Below, one piece after another: positions 5,627-14,350 of a DNA stretch of 64,000 nt (within the stretch, counting starts at the first letter, position 1; every line of letters starts with the position of its first letter). The notes under the pieces were generated by a model. The model worked only from the letters and a program-made list of their open reading frames with translations. It was not told where the DNA came from and did no database searches. A program made the position numbers and the translations under genes. The stretch comes from an uncultured Bacteroidales bacterium (GTDB lineage: Bacteria > Bacteroidota > Bacteroidia > Bacteroidales > VadinHA17): assembly GCA_963844935.1 (NCBI GenBank), contig CAWJQH010000005.1, forward strand, positions 587,058-651,057, written 5' to 3'.

Positions 5627-8581
5627 TTATTCAATTACAGAGTCGTACGCAGCCTGAAGTATCTTACCACGTATTGACAGTTCAGACAGTTTGTTGTTGT
5701 TTCGCGTCGGGTAAACCCTGTTACTGAGGAACACAAAGGTGAGTTCCGCCTCAGGATCAACCCATATCATTGTGCCAGTGAACCCGGTATGACCAAAGCT
5801 GGCTGGAGAAGCTGACCGGCAGGGATATATTTCCTCCGGTGGTATTGTATCATTCGGCAACATTGGCTTGTCAAAACCCAGTCCCCGTCTGTTATCATTC
5901 TCCGGAAACTGAACCCTTGTGAATTCATTCAGCACTTCACGGCTCAGTATTCTTACACCGCCGTATTCGCCTCCCCTCCGGTACATTTCGATAAGCTTTA
6001 TCAGGTCATTTCCTGTTGCAAAAAGGCCGGCATGGCCCGAGACACCGCCAAGCATGGCAGCACCTTCGTCATGTACAGTGCCTCTCAGGAGCTGCTTCCT
6101 GAAAAGCGAATCATATTCCGTCGGCACAATACGCTCTTTCGGATATTTTTCAAGGGGATTATAAGTAATATTGAATGCACCTATCGGACGGTAAATGTTC
6201 CGGGTGGCAAACTTGTCAATGGTTGAGTCTGTCAGACTCTCAATTATTTCTGCCGAGAGAATGAATGCGAGGTCAGAATAAACAAACTTTTTTGATCCTG
6301 TTTCACTGTCGCGTACCTCTTTAAACATCTCCTTCAGATAATGCCTGTTCATATACATTGAGTCCGTGACAGGCAGGGCAAATTTCCTGTTGTGGTAGTC
6401 GCTGAAAATGCCTTTCTTAAACGTGCTGTCCTCATTTACTGTGCTCCTCCAGAATGGTATCCATGATTTAAGTCCTGCCTGGTGGGCGAGTATATCGCGC
6501 ATAACCATGTCACCCTTGTCAGAGAACCTGTACCAGGGAAGGTAATATCCAAGGGTCCTGTCCGGATCGAACAACCCGCGGTCATTGAGTAGCATCAGTG
6601 AAGGAGTGGCGGCTGACACTTTGGTTACAGAGGCAAGGTCCCACAGGTCGTTCTCACTGACTGCCTCAGTGCTGTCGTAAAGATGGAACCCGTAGCATTT
6701 ATTGAGAACAACAATACCTTTCCGGGCGATCAGCACCTGGCAGCCCGGGTAGGCAAGCGAATCCAATCCTGATTTGACTATTGAATCCACTTTGCTTTCA
6801 AGCGTAACCGAGTTCATACCTGCATTTTCGGGGAAACCGTACTGAAGTCTGAGACTGCCCGGGGTTTTGATGCCTAATCCTTCATGATACCCTCCGTTGA
6901 TTGTCACAGGAAGCCTGCCTGATGCTCCAAGGGCACCGAAAATTACCTGTACGGCTGCCTGGTGTGTGTACTTATTATCCTGATAGGCTATCAGCATTGC
7001 TGACGGCCTGGTCTTAATATCCAGGTTTGCTACTCCGTATGGATTTCCGAACCACAAAATCACTGACCTGTCCAGCTCCGCCAAACGGTTCACAACATTC
7101 CGCAATGGCTCTGTAACACCGTAGGAGGAAGAGGGTTTTTGGGCAAGTCCGCAGATCCCGGCAATAACGATATCATAATCCTTAAGCCCTGATAAGACAT
7201 ATTCCGCAGCCTGTTCATTCTCCGGGTCAATATAAAAATGATCAGCATTCGTGTACCTGTCTGTCATTCGCTGGAATTCAGTCATAGCCAGCCTGTTGAC
7301 TGCAACAGTTGCAATTCTGACTTTATCGAGCCGTCCGATTGGAACCAGGTTGTCATTGTTTTCAATGAGCGTCATCGCTCCTGCATACAGATCCCGGATC
7401 AGTGCAGGATGAGCAGACGCAGGGATTTGCAGTGTGGTGGCGGAAGAAGACTGGTCAGCCTTGTTCATGTCTGAAAGCCACAGTTTTGCCGCTAGTACCT
7501 TTTCACACCTTGATCTAATCTCATCGACACCTGTTTCGAGTCTCTCAACCCTGAGGGCAATTTCAGCTATGGCCTTAATGGGGTCAGTCGAGTACTCAAT
7601 AACATCATTCCCGGCTTTAAGTGCTTCGGCATCGGCTATTCCTGAGGGGTAGGTCATTGTAGCTCCGGCCATATTCATAGCATCGGTGAGCACCAGGCCC
7701 TTGTAGCCGATTTCTTCCTTAAGCAGCCCCGTAATAACTTTCCTGGAGAAGGTAGAGGGCAGGCGTGGTGTGGCATCCAGCCCGGGTACATTTATATGAG
7801 CGCTCATCACTGAACCTATTCCTTCTTCGGAAAGTCGTTTGAAGGGTACAAGCTCCACGGTGTTAAACCGCTGACGGTCACCTTTAATGACAGGAAGACC
7901 GGTGTGTGAATCGACGTCAGTGTCACCGTGACCGGGAAAATGCTTTGCACAGGCCATGACCCCGTTGTCCTGCATGCCTTTCATGTACATCACCGCCTTC
8001 TCAGCTACCTTCAGGGGATCCTCGCCGAATGAACGGTAATTTATTACCGGGTTCCGTGGATTGTTGTTGACATCAGCCACGGGCGCAAGGTTAAGGGTGA
8101 CGCCTATCTCACGGCACTGCCATGCAATTGCCGCTCCCATCCTGTAAATGAGAGAATCGTCCTGCAGGGCCCCGAGGGTCATCTGGTAAGGAAAATCTTC
8201 CACATCGGCCAATCGCATTCCTGTTCCCCACTCTGCATCCTGGGCAATAATAAGAGGTATCCGGGTGACTGAATCAAGACGCTTGGTAAAATCTACCTGT
8301 GCAGCACTGTTGCCCTCGAAGAAAATCACACCTCCGATGCCATATTTTACAACAAGCTCCTCTACCTGTCTGAAATTATCTCCCGGTTCACCGGCCCAGG
8401 CAGGCACCCAGATGAGCTGGGCAATCATTTCCCTGACAGTCATTGTGTTGATTATACTGTCAACCCTTCTGTCATCAAGATACCGCAACCAGGGTACAGG
8501 ATCCCCAATGGCGTTAACCCTCTGAAAGGGCAGAAAGGACAAAATCAGCGGCAACACCAGCGACAGGTAGGTTTTTTTCAT
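5627..8581 (-). CDS. secreted glycoside hydrolase family 3 (NagZ-like beta-N-acetylhexosaminidase) fused to a class-C beta-lactamase/DD-peptidase-like serine hydrolase
   Basis: GH3 motif KHFPGHGDTDVDSH in the N-terminal half. The C-terminal half has SxxK (ASVTKV), YSD and HTG motifs. Signal peptide MKKTYLSLVLPLILSF. Start moved to 8581 because a -7 motif lies inside the longer 8617 ORF. Confidence 0.85.
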   Translation of the reverse strand: MKKTYLSLVLPLILSFLPFQRVNAIGDPVPWLRYLDDRRVDSIINTMTVREMIAQLIWVPAWAGEPGDNFRQVEELVVKYGIGGVIFFEGNSAAQVDFTKRLDSVTRIPLIIAQDAEWGTGMRLADVEDFPYQMTLGALQDDSLIYRMGAAIAWQCREIGVTLNLAPVADVNNNPRNPVINYRSFGEDPLKVAEKAVMYMKGMQDNGVMACAKHFPGHGDTDVDSHTGLPVIKGDRQRFNTVELVPFKRLSEEGIGSVMSAHINVPGLDATPRLPSTFSRKVITGLLKEEIGYKGLVLTDAMNMAGATMTYPSGIADAEALKAGNDVIEYSTDPIKAIAEIALRVERLETGVDEIRSRCEKVLAAKLWLSDMNKADQSSSATTLQIPASAHPALIRDLYAGAMTLIENNDNLVPIGRLDKVRIATVAVNRLAMTEFQRMTDRYTNADHFYIDPENEQAAEYVLSGLKDYDIVIAGICGLAQKPSSSYGVTEPLRNVVNRLAELDRSVILWFGNPYGVANLDIKTRPSAMLIAYQDNKYTHQAAVQVIFGALGASGRLPVTINGGYHEGLGIKTPGSLRLQYGFPENAGMNSVTLESKVDSIVKSGLDSLAYPGCQVLIARKGIVVLNKCYGFHLYDSTEAVSENDLWDLASVTKVSAATPSLMLLNDRGLFDPDRTLGYYLPWYRFSDKGDMVMRDILAHQAGLKSWIPFWRSTVNEDSTFKKGIFSDYHNRKFALPVTDSMYMNRHYLKEMFKEVRDSETGSKKFVYSDLAFILSAEIIESLTDSTIDKFATRNIYRPIGAFNITYNPLEKYPKERIVPTEYDSLFRKQLLRGTVHDEGAAMLGGVSGHAGLFATGNDLIKLIEMYRRGGEYGGVRILSREVLNEFTRVQFPENDNRRGLGFDKPMLPNDTIPPEEIYPCRSASPASFGHTGFTGTMIWVDPEAELTFVFLSNRVYPTRNNNKLSELSIRGKILQAAYDSVIE

Positions 8582-8605
8582 TTGAAAAGGGATTTTGACA
8601 CCGAT

Positions 8606-8613
8606 CAAAAATA
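8606..8613 (-). promoter_or_regulatory. putative -7 promoter element TATTTTTG for the GH3 fusion gene
   Basis: The reverse complement of CAAAAATA matches TAnnTTTG, 25 nt upstream of the ATG at 8581. Confidence 0.4.
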
Positions 8614-8687
8614 GCACTTTTCTTTGTTATTATTTTCCATTATGATTACAGCCAAATTGCTATTTTTACCTAACCAAAAAACAAGTT

Positions 8688-9818
8688 ATGGCAGTTTCAA
8701 AATCATCCGCAGCAAGCGGCAAGGGCTCATCAGGCAGGCTGATGTCGCTTGACGTATTCAGGGGCATGACCGTTGCCTTCATGATAATTGTGAATACTCC
8801 GGGCACCTGGAGCCACGTATTTGCCCCTCTCAGGCATGCCTCATGGCACGGGTGCACTCCGACTGACCTGGTCTTTCCTTCCTTCCTTTTTATATCCGGA
8901 GTGGCAATGTGGTATTCACTTCGCAAATATAACTTCGAGTTTTCAGGCCCTGCACTGTTCCGTATCCTGAGAAGGGTAGCGCTGATATTCATAGTCGGCC
9001 TTTTCCTGAACATCTTCCCCCGTTTTGCCCGTGATTATGACACATTGCGCATAATGGGAGTGCTTCAGAGAATTGCCCTGGCCTGGGGCCTGGGAGCTAT
9101 AGTAGTGCTGATGGTTAAACGCAATTATATCTGGATTGCCACTCTTATCCTTCTTTTTGGCTACTGGGCAATGATGTATTTCTTTGGTGGGACGGACCCG
9201 TACTCGCTCGAGGGAAACTTCGCCCGCCAGGTTGACCTTAAAATTCTGGGAGAGAAACATCTTTACGGGGGGTTTGGCGTTCCGTTCGATCCCGAGGGAC
9301 TCCTGAGCACAATTCCTGCTGTGGCTACTGTACTGCTGGGCTTCATGGCCGGCAACCTGATTAGCGGCCTTGGCTCATCGTGGAAAACAGTCGGATGGCT
9401 TGCCGTTACCGGTGCAGTGCTTATAGGAGCAGGGCTGTTATGGGGCCAGTATTTCCCGATCAACAAACCGATCTGGACAAGCTCATATGTCCTGTATGCA
9501 GGAGGTATCGGTATGATGGTGCTGGCGCTGCTGTTCATGATCGTTGATATCTGGGGGCTTAAGGGATGGACAGGCTTCTTCAACACCTTCGGAACCAATG
9601 CGCTCTTCACGTACGTCCTGGCCGGAATATGGACAAAGACAATGCTCAGCATCAAGATAGGCGAGGTTACCCTTTATAACTGGATATTCACCCATATCTG
9701 CAGCCCGCTCTTTGAAAACCAGAAGCTTGCAAGCCTCCTGTTCGCAATAATCCAGGTGACTATTATATGGGCCTTCGGATACATACTTTACCGCAGGAAG
9801 ATAATCATCAGGCTCTGA
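8688..9818 (+). CDS. HGSNAT-like transmembrane acyltransferase family protein (DUF1624/DUF5009 type)
   Basis: RLMSLDVFRGMTVAFMIIVNTPG...HASWHGCTPTDLVFPSFLF is the typical N-terminal signature of the heparan-alpha-glucosaminide N-acetyltransferase-like family. About 11 TM segments. Confidence 0.75.
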   Translation: MAVSKSSAASGKGSSGRLMSLDVFRGMTVAFMIIVNTPGTWSHVFAPLRHASWHGCTPTDLVFPSFLFISGVAMWYSLRKYNFEFSGPALFRILRRVALIFIVGLFLNIFPRFARDYDTLRIMGVLQRIALAWGLGAIVVLMVKRNYIWIATLILLFGYWAMMYFFGGTDPYSLEGNFARQVDLKILGEKHLYGGFGVPFDPEGLLSTIPAVATVLLGFMAGNLISGLGSSWKTVGWLAVTGAVLIGAGLLWGQYFPINKPIWTSSYVLYAGGIGMMVLALLFMIVDIWGLKGWTGFFNTFGTNALFTYVLAGIWTKTMLSIKIGEVTLYNWIFTHICSPLFENQKLASLLFAIIQVTIIWAFGYILYRRKIIIRL

Positions 9819-9819
9819 G

Positions 9820-11239
9820 ATGGATATAAGAACAACCGTAGAACAGGCCTTTCTGAAATGGAGAGGTACAGCGCCCGGAATAATAACACGGCTGCCTCAG
9901 TCAGGCTCTGACAGGGTATATTTCAGGTTGTTGTACGGTGATGAACATGTCATCGGAGCCTATAACCCGAGCCGCGAGGAGAACGATGCGTTCGTCGGAT
10001 TTTCAAATCATTTCAGGTCAAAGGGATTGCCGGTGCCTGAGATATATGTCTATTACCCTGATGATAGAGTTCTATTTTCTGGAAGATCTCGGCGATTCCA
10101 ATCTCTTTACATGGCTGGCACAACGTTCTGATGAAGAACGCTTTAATCAGGAGACCGAGGCACTCTTCCTCACTGTGGCTTCAGATCTTGTACGTATCCA
10201 GACTGAAGGGATCAGGGGACTTGACCTTACCCTGTGCTATCCTCACCGCAGCTTTGACAGGCAGAGCATGGTGTGGGACCTGAACTACTACAAGTATATG
10301 TTCCTGAAGCTTATTGGCGCACCGTTCAATGAGATAAAGCTTGAGCGCGATTTTGAGGCGCTGACCCGGTTTTTGCTCGATGCCGGGCAGGAGTATTTTC
10401 TCTTCCGCGATTTTCAAACCGCCAATATAATGATCAGGGATGGCAAGCCATGGTATATTGACTACCAGGGAGGCAGGCTCGGAGCTCCGCAATATGACAT
10501 TGCTTCGCTTGTGTATGACGGCAAGGCATATATTCCGTCTGGTATCAGGGAAAAGACAATGGAGCGCCACCTGGATCTCTTTGCAGCCGCAACCGGCAAA
10601 CCGAGGGAATCTCTGGCAAAGTATTCCGGCGCCTTTACATTGATAAGGCTGATGCAGGCGCTGGGAGCCTTCGGCTTCAGGGGTCTGCATGAAAACAAAC
10701 CAACTTTTTCGGAGAGCATTGTCCCGGCCGTAGAACTGATGAATGACCTTCTCGGAGGTGATAAGCTGCAAATCGACCTTCCGGAACTGAAAAAAGCCTC
10801 GGAATCAGTACCGCTCCAGAGAAAATACCATATCCTCTCTCATTATAAGGAATTGGTGAAAATAAATATTGAGAGCTTTTCCTATGTAAAGGGCAGGACC
10901 ATGAGTTATGATACAGGCAGTGGCTTTGTATTTGACTGCCGTGGTCTGCGCAATCCTGTTCTCGAATCTGACCTCAGGGAAAAGACCGGGCTCGACCCGG
11001 AAGTAGCTGAGTTCTTCGGTAATGATGACGAGGCTGTCGCCTTTGTCGGAGATTGCTCCAACATTATCCGTAATACACTGCCCATGATGAGAAGAAAAGG
11101 CATCCTCGAGATAAATGCGGCTTTCGGATGTGTCGGCGGTCAGCATCGGTCAGTATGGTGTGCCACCAGGGTTGCATCCATGCTCTCGGCAATGCCGGGA
11201 GCGACTGTGACAGTAAACCATACCGGGCTCGGCAAATGA
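9820..11239 (+). pseudogene. AmgK-like anomeric sugar kinase (APH fold) fused to a RapZ C-terminal domain, split by an apparent 1-nt frameshift near 10061-10070
   Basis: Frame 1 (9820-10131) gives the N-lobe (SGSDRVYFRL...ENDAFVGFSNHF...LPVPEIY). Frame 2 continues with YFLEDLGD, FRDFQTANIMI and IDYQGGRLGAPQYDIASL. The tail (from about 10850) matches the RapZ C-terminal domain. Dropping one base near 10064 would give a continuous ...YYPDDEFYFLEDLGD... This may be a true pseudogene or an assembly error. Confidence 0.7.
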
Positions 11240-11958
11240 AGGCCATGATCTTTGCTGCAGGCCTCGGCACAAGGCTTGGTGAGCTGAGCAGGGAGAAGCC
11301 AAAAGCCCTGGTGGACATAAACGGCAAAACAGCCCTGCGCCTTACAGTTGAGAAACTTTCGTCGGCAGGCTTTAATGACCTGATTGTCAATATCCATCAC
11401 CATCCGGCGCTAATGATGGAGGAGATTGAACATCTTCGCAGCGACGGATTCCGGATCACGGTTTCAGACGAAACCGACGAGCTCCTTGACACCGGAGGGG
11501 GCCTTATGAAAGCCCGTCATTTTTTTACTGACGGGCCATTTATCTGCTACAATGTGGATATATTTACTGATCTGGATCTCAGCGATATGTATCAAAAACA
11601 TCTCGCTTACGGAGCGCTGGCAACCCTGGCTGTAAGACACCGGCCGGGAAACAGATTCTATCTCGTTGATAAAACAGGGAGGATAAGGGGATGGCGAAAC
11701 GTTGCAACAAAGGAGGAGATAATCACCGTGAACAGCAGCAAAGGACTGGAAGAGATAGCATTCTCGGGAATACATGTGCTTTCGCCTGAAGTATTTGATA
11801 AGATGCCGGCTGGAATATACACTATGACATCACTGTATCTGATGCTGGCCGGCAAGAATCAAATAATGACGTATCGTCATGATGAAGGTTACTGGTTCGA
11901 CTGCGGCACTCCTGCCAACCTTGAGAGGATAAGGGATTATCTGAACAGTCCCCGTTAA
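11236..11958 (+). CDS. MurU-like sugar-1-phosphate nucleotidyltransferase (N-acetylmuramate-1-P uridylyltransferase family)
   Basis: MKAMIFAAGLGTRLGELSREKPKALV nucleotidyltransferase N-terminus. ATGA start/stop overlap with the kinase gene. The longer ORF-track start (11128) lies inside the kinase gene. Confidence 0.8.
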   Translation: MKAMIFAAGLGTRLGELSREKPKALVDINGKTALRLTVEKLSSAGFNDLIVNIHHHPALMMEEIEHLRSDGFRITVSDETDELLDTGGGLMKARHFFTDGPFICYNVDIFTDLDLSDMYQKHLAYGALATLAVRHRPGNRFYLVDKTGRIRGWRNVATKEEIITVNSSKGLEEIAFSGIHVLSPEVFDKMPAGIYTMTSLYLMLAGKNQIMTYRHDEGYWFDCGTPANLERIRDYLNSPR

Positions 11959-12010
11959 GGTCTGCTCCGTCGGGATGACCTTATGAACAGTGCCAGCCTG
12001 TTGCCGGATA

Positions 12011-12940
12011 TTACATCCATTTCTTCCTTCTGATCAGCAGCACCCCCACGGTGGCCAGGATAGCTGATCCTCCCAGGATGAACCAGAATGCGTTCATGCT
12101 GTTCTCCAACCTGTTGGGAACATTCATGCCGTAAATACTGGCTACCAGTGTCGGGATCATCAGAATGATTGTAATTATGGTGAGTGATTTCATCACAATG
12201 TTCAGGTTGTTTGAGATGACGGAGGCGAAGGCATCCATCATACCGCTCTGGATGTCGCTGTAAATCTTTGCCATCTCGATAGCCTGCCTGTTCTCAATTG
12301 TAGCTTCGTCAAGGAGGTCGGCCGAGAACTCATAGTCACGTATCCATTTCGAGTTCTTCAGCTTGAGCATCATCATCTCGTTTGATCTCAGCGAGGTCGT
12401 GAAATAGACAAGGCATTTTTCCATCTTCAGCAGCCTGTGCAACTCTTTGTTGCGCGTCGATTTTTCAAGATCCTGCTCTATCATGCCGGTCTGGTTGTTA
12501 ATCTGCTTCAGATACCTGTGATAGAACATCGTGGTCCTCAGAAAGAGATGAAGGATCAGATCAATCTTGTTCTCAATGGTTATCCCTTTCCCGCTCCGGC
12601 TGAAGAAATCGTCAAGCACCTCATTGTTCCTGTGACAGATGATCACAAGGTTATCTTTCTCAAGGACTATTCCGAGGGGTATTGTGGTGAACGGGAAACC
12701 GTTTGACTGATTCTGATAGGGAATACGGTAAATCATCAGCAGTATATCGTCCTCAATCTCCATCCTCGACCTCTCGTCAACGTCAAGTATATCAGCAAGA
12801 AAATCATCAGGTACCCTGAGTGTTGATTTAAGTATCCCTATCTCGGAAGGAGTAGGATCGGTGACGTTGACAATGCAGCCCTTTTCAAATGTGTTTAACG
12901 GAAGGAGACCGTTCGGGATCATCTGCCAGTAAGTAATCAT
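12011..12940 (-). CDS. corA: CorA-family magnesium/cobalt transporter
   Basis: C-terminal YGMNV (GMN) motif followed by two TM helices. The ATG at 12940 is preceded by GAGGAGG. Confidence 0.85.
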   Translation of the reverse strand: MITYWQMIPNGLLPLNTFEKGCIVNVTDPTPSEIGILKSTLRVPDDFLADILDVDERSRMEIEDDILLMIYRIPYQNQSNGFPFTTIPLGIVLEKDNLVIICHRNNEVLDDFFSRSGKGITIENKIDLILHLFLRTTMFYHRYLKQINNQTGMIEQDLEKSTRNKELHRLLKMEKCLVYFTTSLRSNEMMMLKLKNSKWIRDYEFSADLLDEATIENRQAIEMAKIYSDIQSGMMDAFASVISNNLNIVMKSLTIITIILMIPTLVASIYGMNVPNRLENSMNAFWFILGGSAILATVGVLLIRRKKWM

Positions 12941-13121
12941 TATAATACCTCCTCTTTTTAGTTCCACGGAGGTACCTGTTGCCAGTTTACCTCAGCAGAT
13001 AGAATTTAAAATTGCAGCTCGCGTGATAATCGTCCATAAAAGACAATAAATTGATATGTCTGCAAAAATATAACTTTTATAGATACCGCATCGGAGGTCA
13101 GAAAAAAATGTCTAAAAAAAT

Positions 13122-13129
13122 TAACTTTG
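13122..13129 (+). promoter_or_regulatory. putative -7 promoter element TAACTTTG for the polyamine operon
   Basis: Matches TAnnTTTG 24 nt upstream of the ATG at 13153. It lies inside the longer ORF-track start at 13051. Confidence 0.4.
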
Positions 13130-13152
13130 CGTATAACCTTCAAAAAAGAAAG

Positions 13153-14349
13153 ATGGGAAAAGTGTTAGTCATAGGCGCGGGAGGTGTCGGTACTGTTGTG
13201 GTTGATACAATGGCGCGGCTTCCGGAAGTCTTTACGGAAATCATGCTGGCAAGCCGCACGAAAGCAAAATGTGATATTATCGCAGAGCGCATCGGGAAGA
13301 ACAGGGTGCAGACCGCACAGGTTGACGCCGACAATGTGCCTGAACTGACAAACCTGATCAGATCATTCAAACCCGATCTTGTTGTCAATGTTGCCTTGCC
13401 TTACCAGGACCTGCATATAATGGATGCGTGTCTTGCAGCGGGGGTTGCCTATCTCGATACTGCTAACTATGAGCCGCCCGAGGAAGCTAAATATGCATAC
13501 TCATGGCAATGGGCATATCATGACCGCTTCCGTGAAGCGGGACTGACTGCCATCCTTGGCTGCGGCTTTGACCCCGGGGTTACAAGCGTCTTCACTGCAT
13601 ATGCTGCCAAACACCACTTCAGCGAGATACACTATCTCGATATCGTGGACTGCAATGCCGGTGACCACGGAAAGCCTTTCGCCACTAACTTCAATCCTGA
13701 AATCAACATTCGCGAAGTGACCCAGAAAGGCAAATACTGGGAGGATGGCAGATGGGTGACCACGGAGCCGCACGAGATACACAAACCCCTTACATACCCG
13801 GAGATAGGCCCTAAAGAATCTTATCTCATCTATCATGAGGAGCTGGAGTCACTTGTTAAAAACTTCCCTACAATAAGGCGTGCGCGTTTCTGGATGACCT
13901 TCGGCCAGGAATACCTGACCCACCTGAGGGTGATACAGAATATCGGCATGGCACGCATAGACCCGGTGATGTATAACGGCGTTGAAATAATCCCCATCCA
14001 GTTCCTCAAGGCTGTCCTGCCCAATCCCGGGGATCTTGGAGAGAACTATAAAGGCTGGACATCAATCGGATGCCGCATTAAAGGCATATCCAAGGAAGGC
14101 AAGGAAATGACATACTACATCTGGAACAACTGCAGTCACGAGGAGGCATACAGGGAGACCGGCACGCAGGCAGTGAGTTTTACAACAGGAGTGCCTGCAG
14201 CCATCGGAGCCATGATGTATATGAAGGGGCTGTGGAAAAACCCCGGTGTCTGGAACGTGGAGCAGTTTGACCCTGACCCGTTCATGACAGAGCTCAACAG
14301 GCTCGGCCTGCCATGGCATGAAAAATTTGACATCGACCTGGAGCTGTAA
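13153..14349 (+). CDS. carboxynorspermidine/carboxyspermidine dehydrogenase (saccharopine dehydrogenase family)
   Basis: MGKVLVIGAGGVGTVV Rossmann N-terminus, about 398 aa, followed directly by nspC. Confidence 0.85.
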   Translation: MGKVLVIGAGGVGTVVVDTMARLPEVFTEIMLASRTKAKCDIIAERIGKNRVQTAQVDADNVPELTNLIRSFKPDLVVNVALPYQDLHIMDACLAAGVAYLDTANYEPPEEAKYAYSWQWAYHDRFREAGLTAILGCGFDPGVTSVFTAYAAKHHFSEIHYLDIVDCNAGDHGKPFATNFNPEINIREVTQKGKYWEDGRWVTTEPHEIHKPLTYPEIGPKESYLIYHEELESLVKNFPTIRRARFWMTFGQEYLTHLRVIQNIGMARIDPVMYNGVEIIPIQFLKAVLPNPGDLGENYKGWTSIGCRIKGISKEGKEMTYYIWNNCSHEEAYRETGTQAVSFTTGVPAAIGAMMYMKGLWKNPGVWNVEQFDPDPFMTELNRLGLPWHEKFDIDLEL

Positions 14350-14350
14350 T

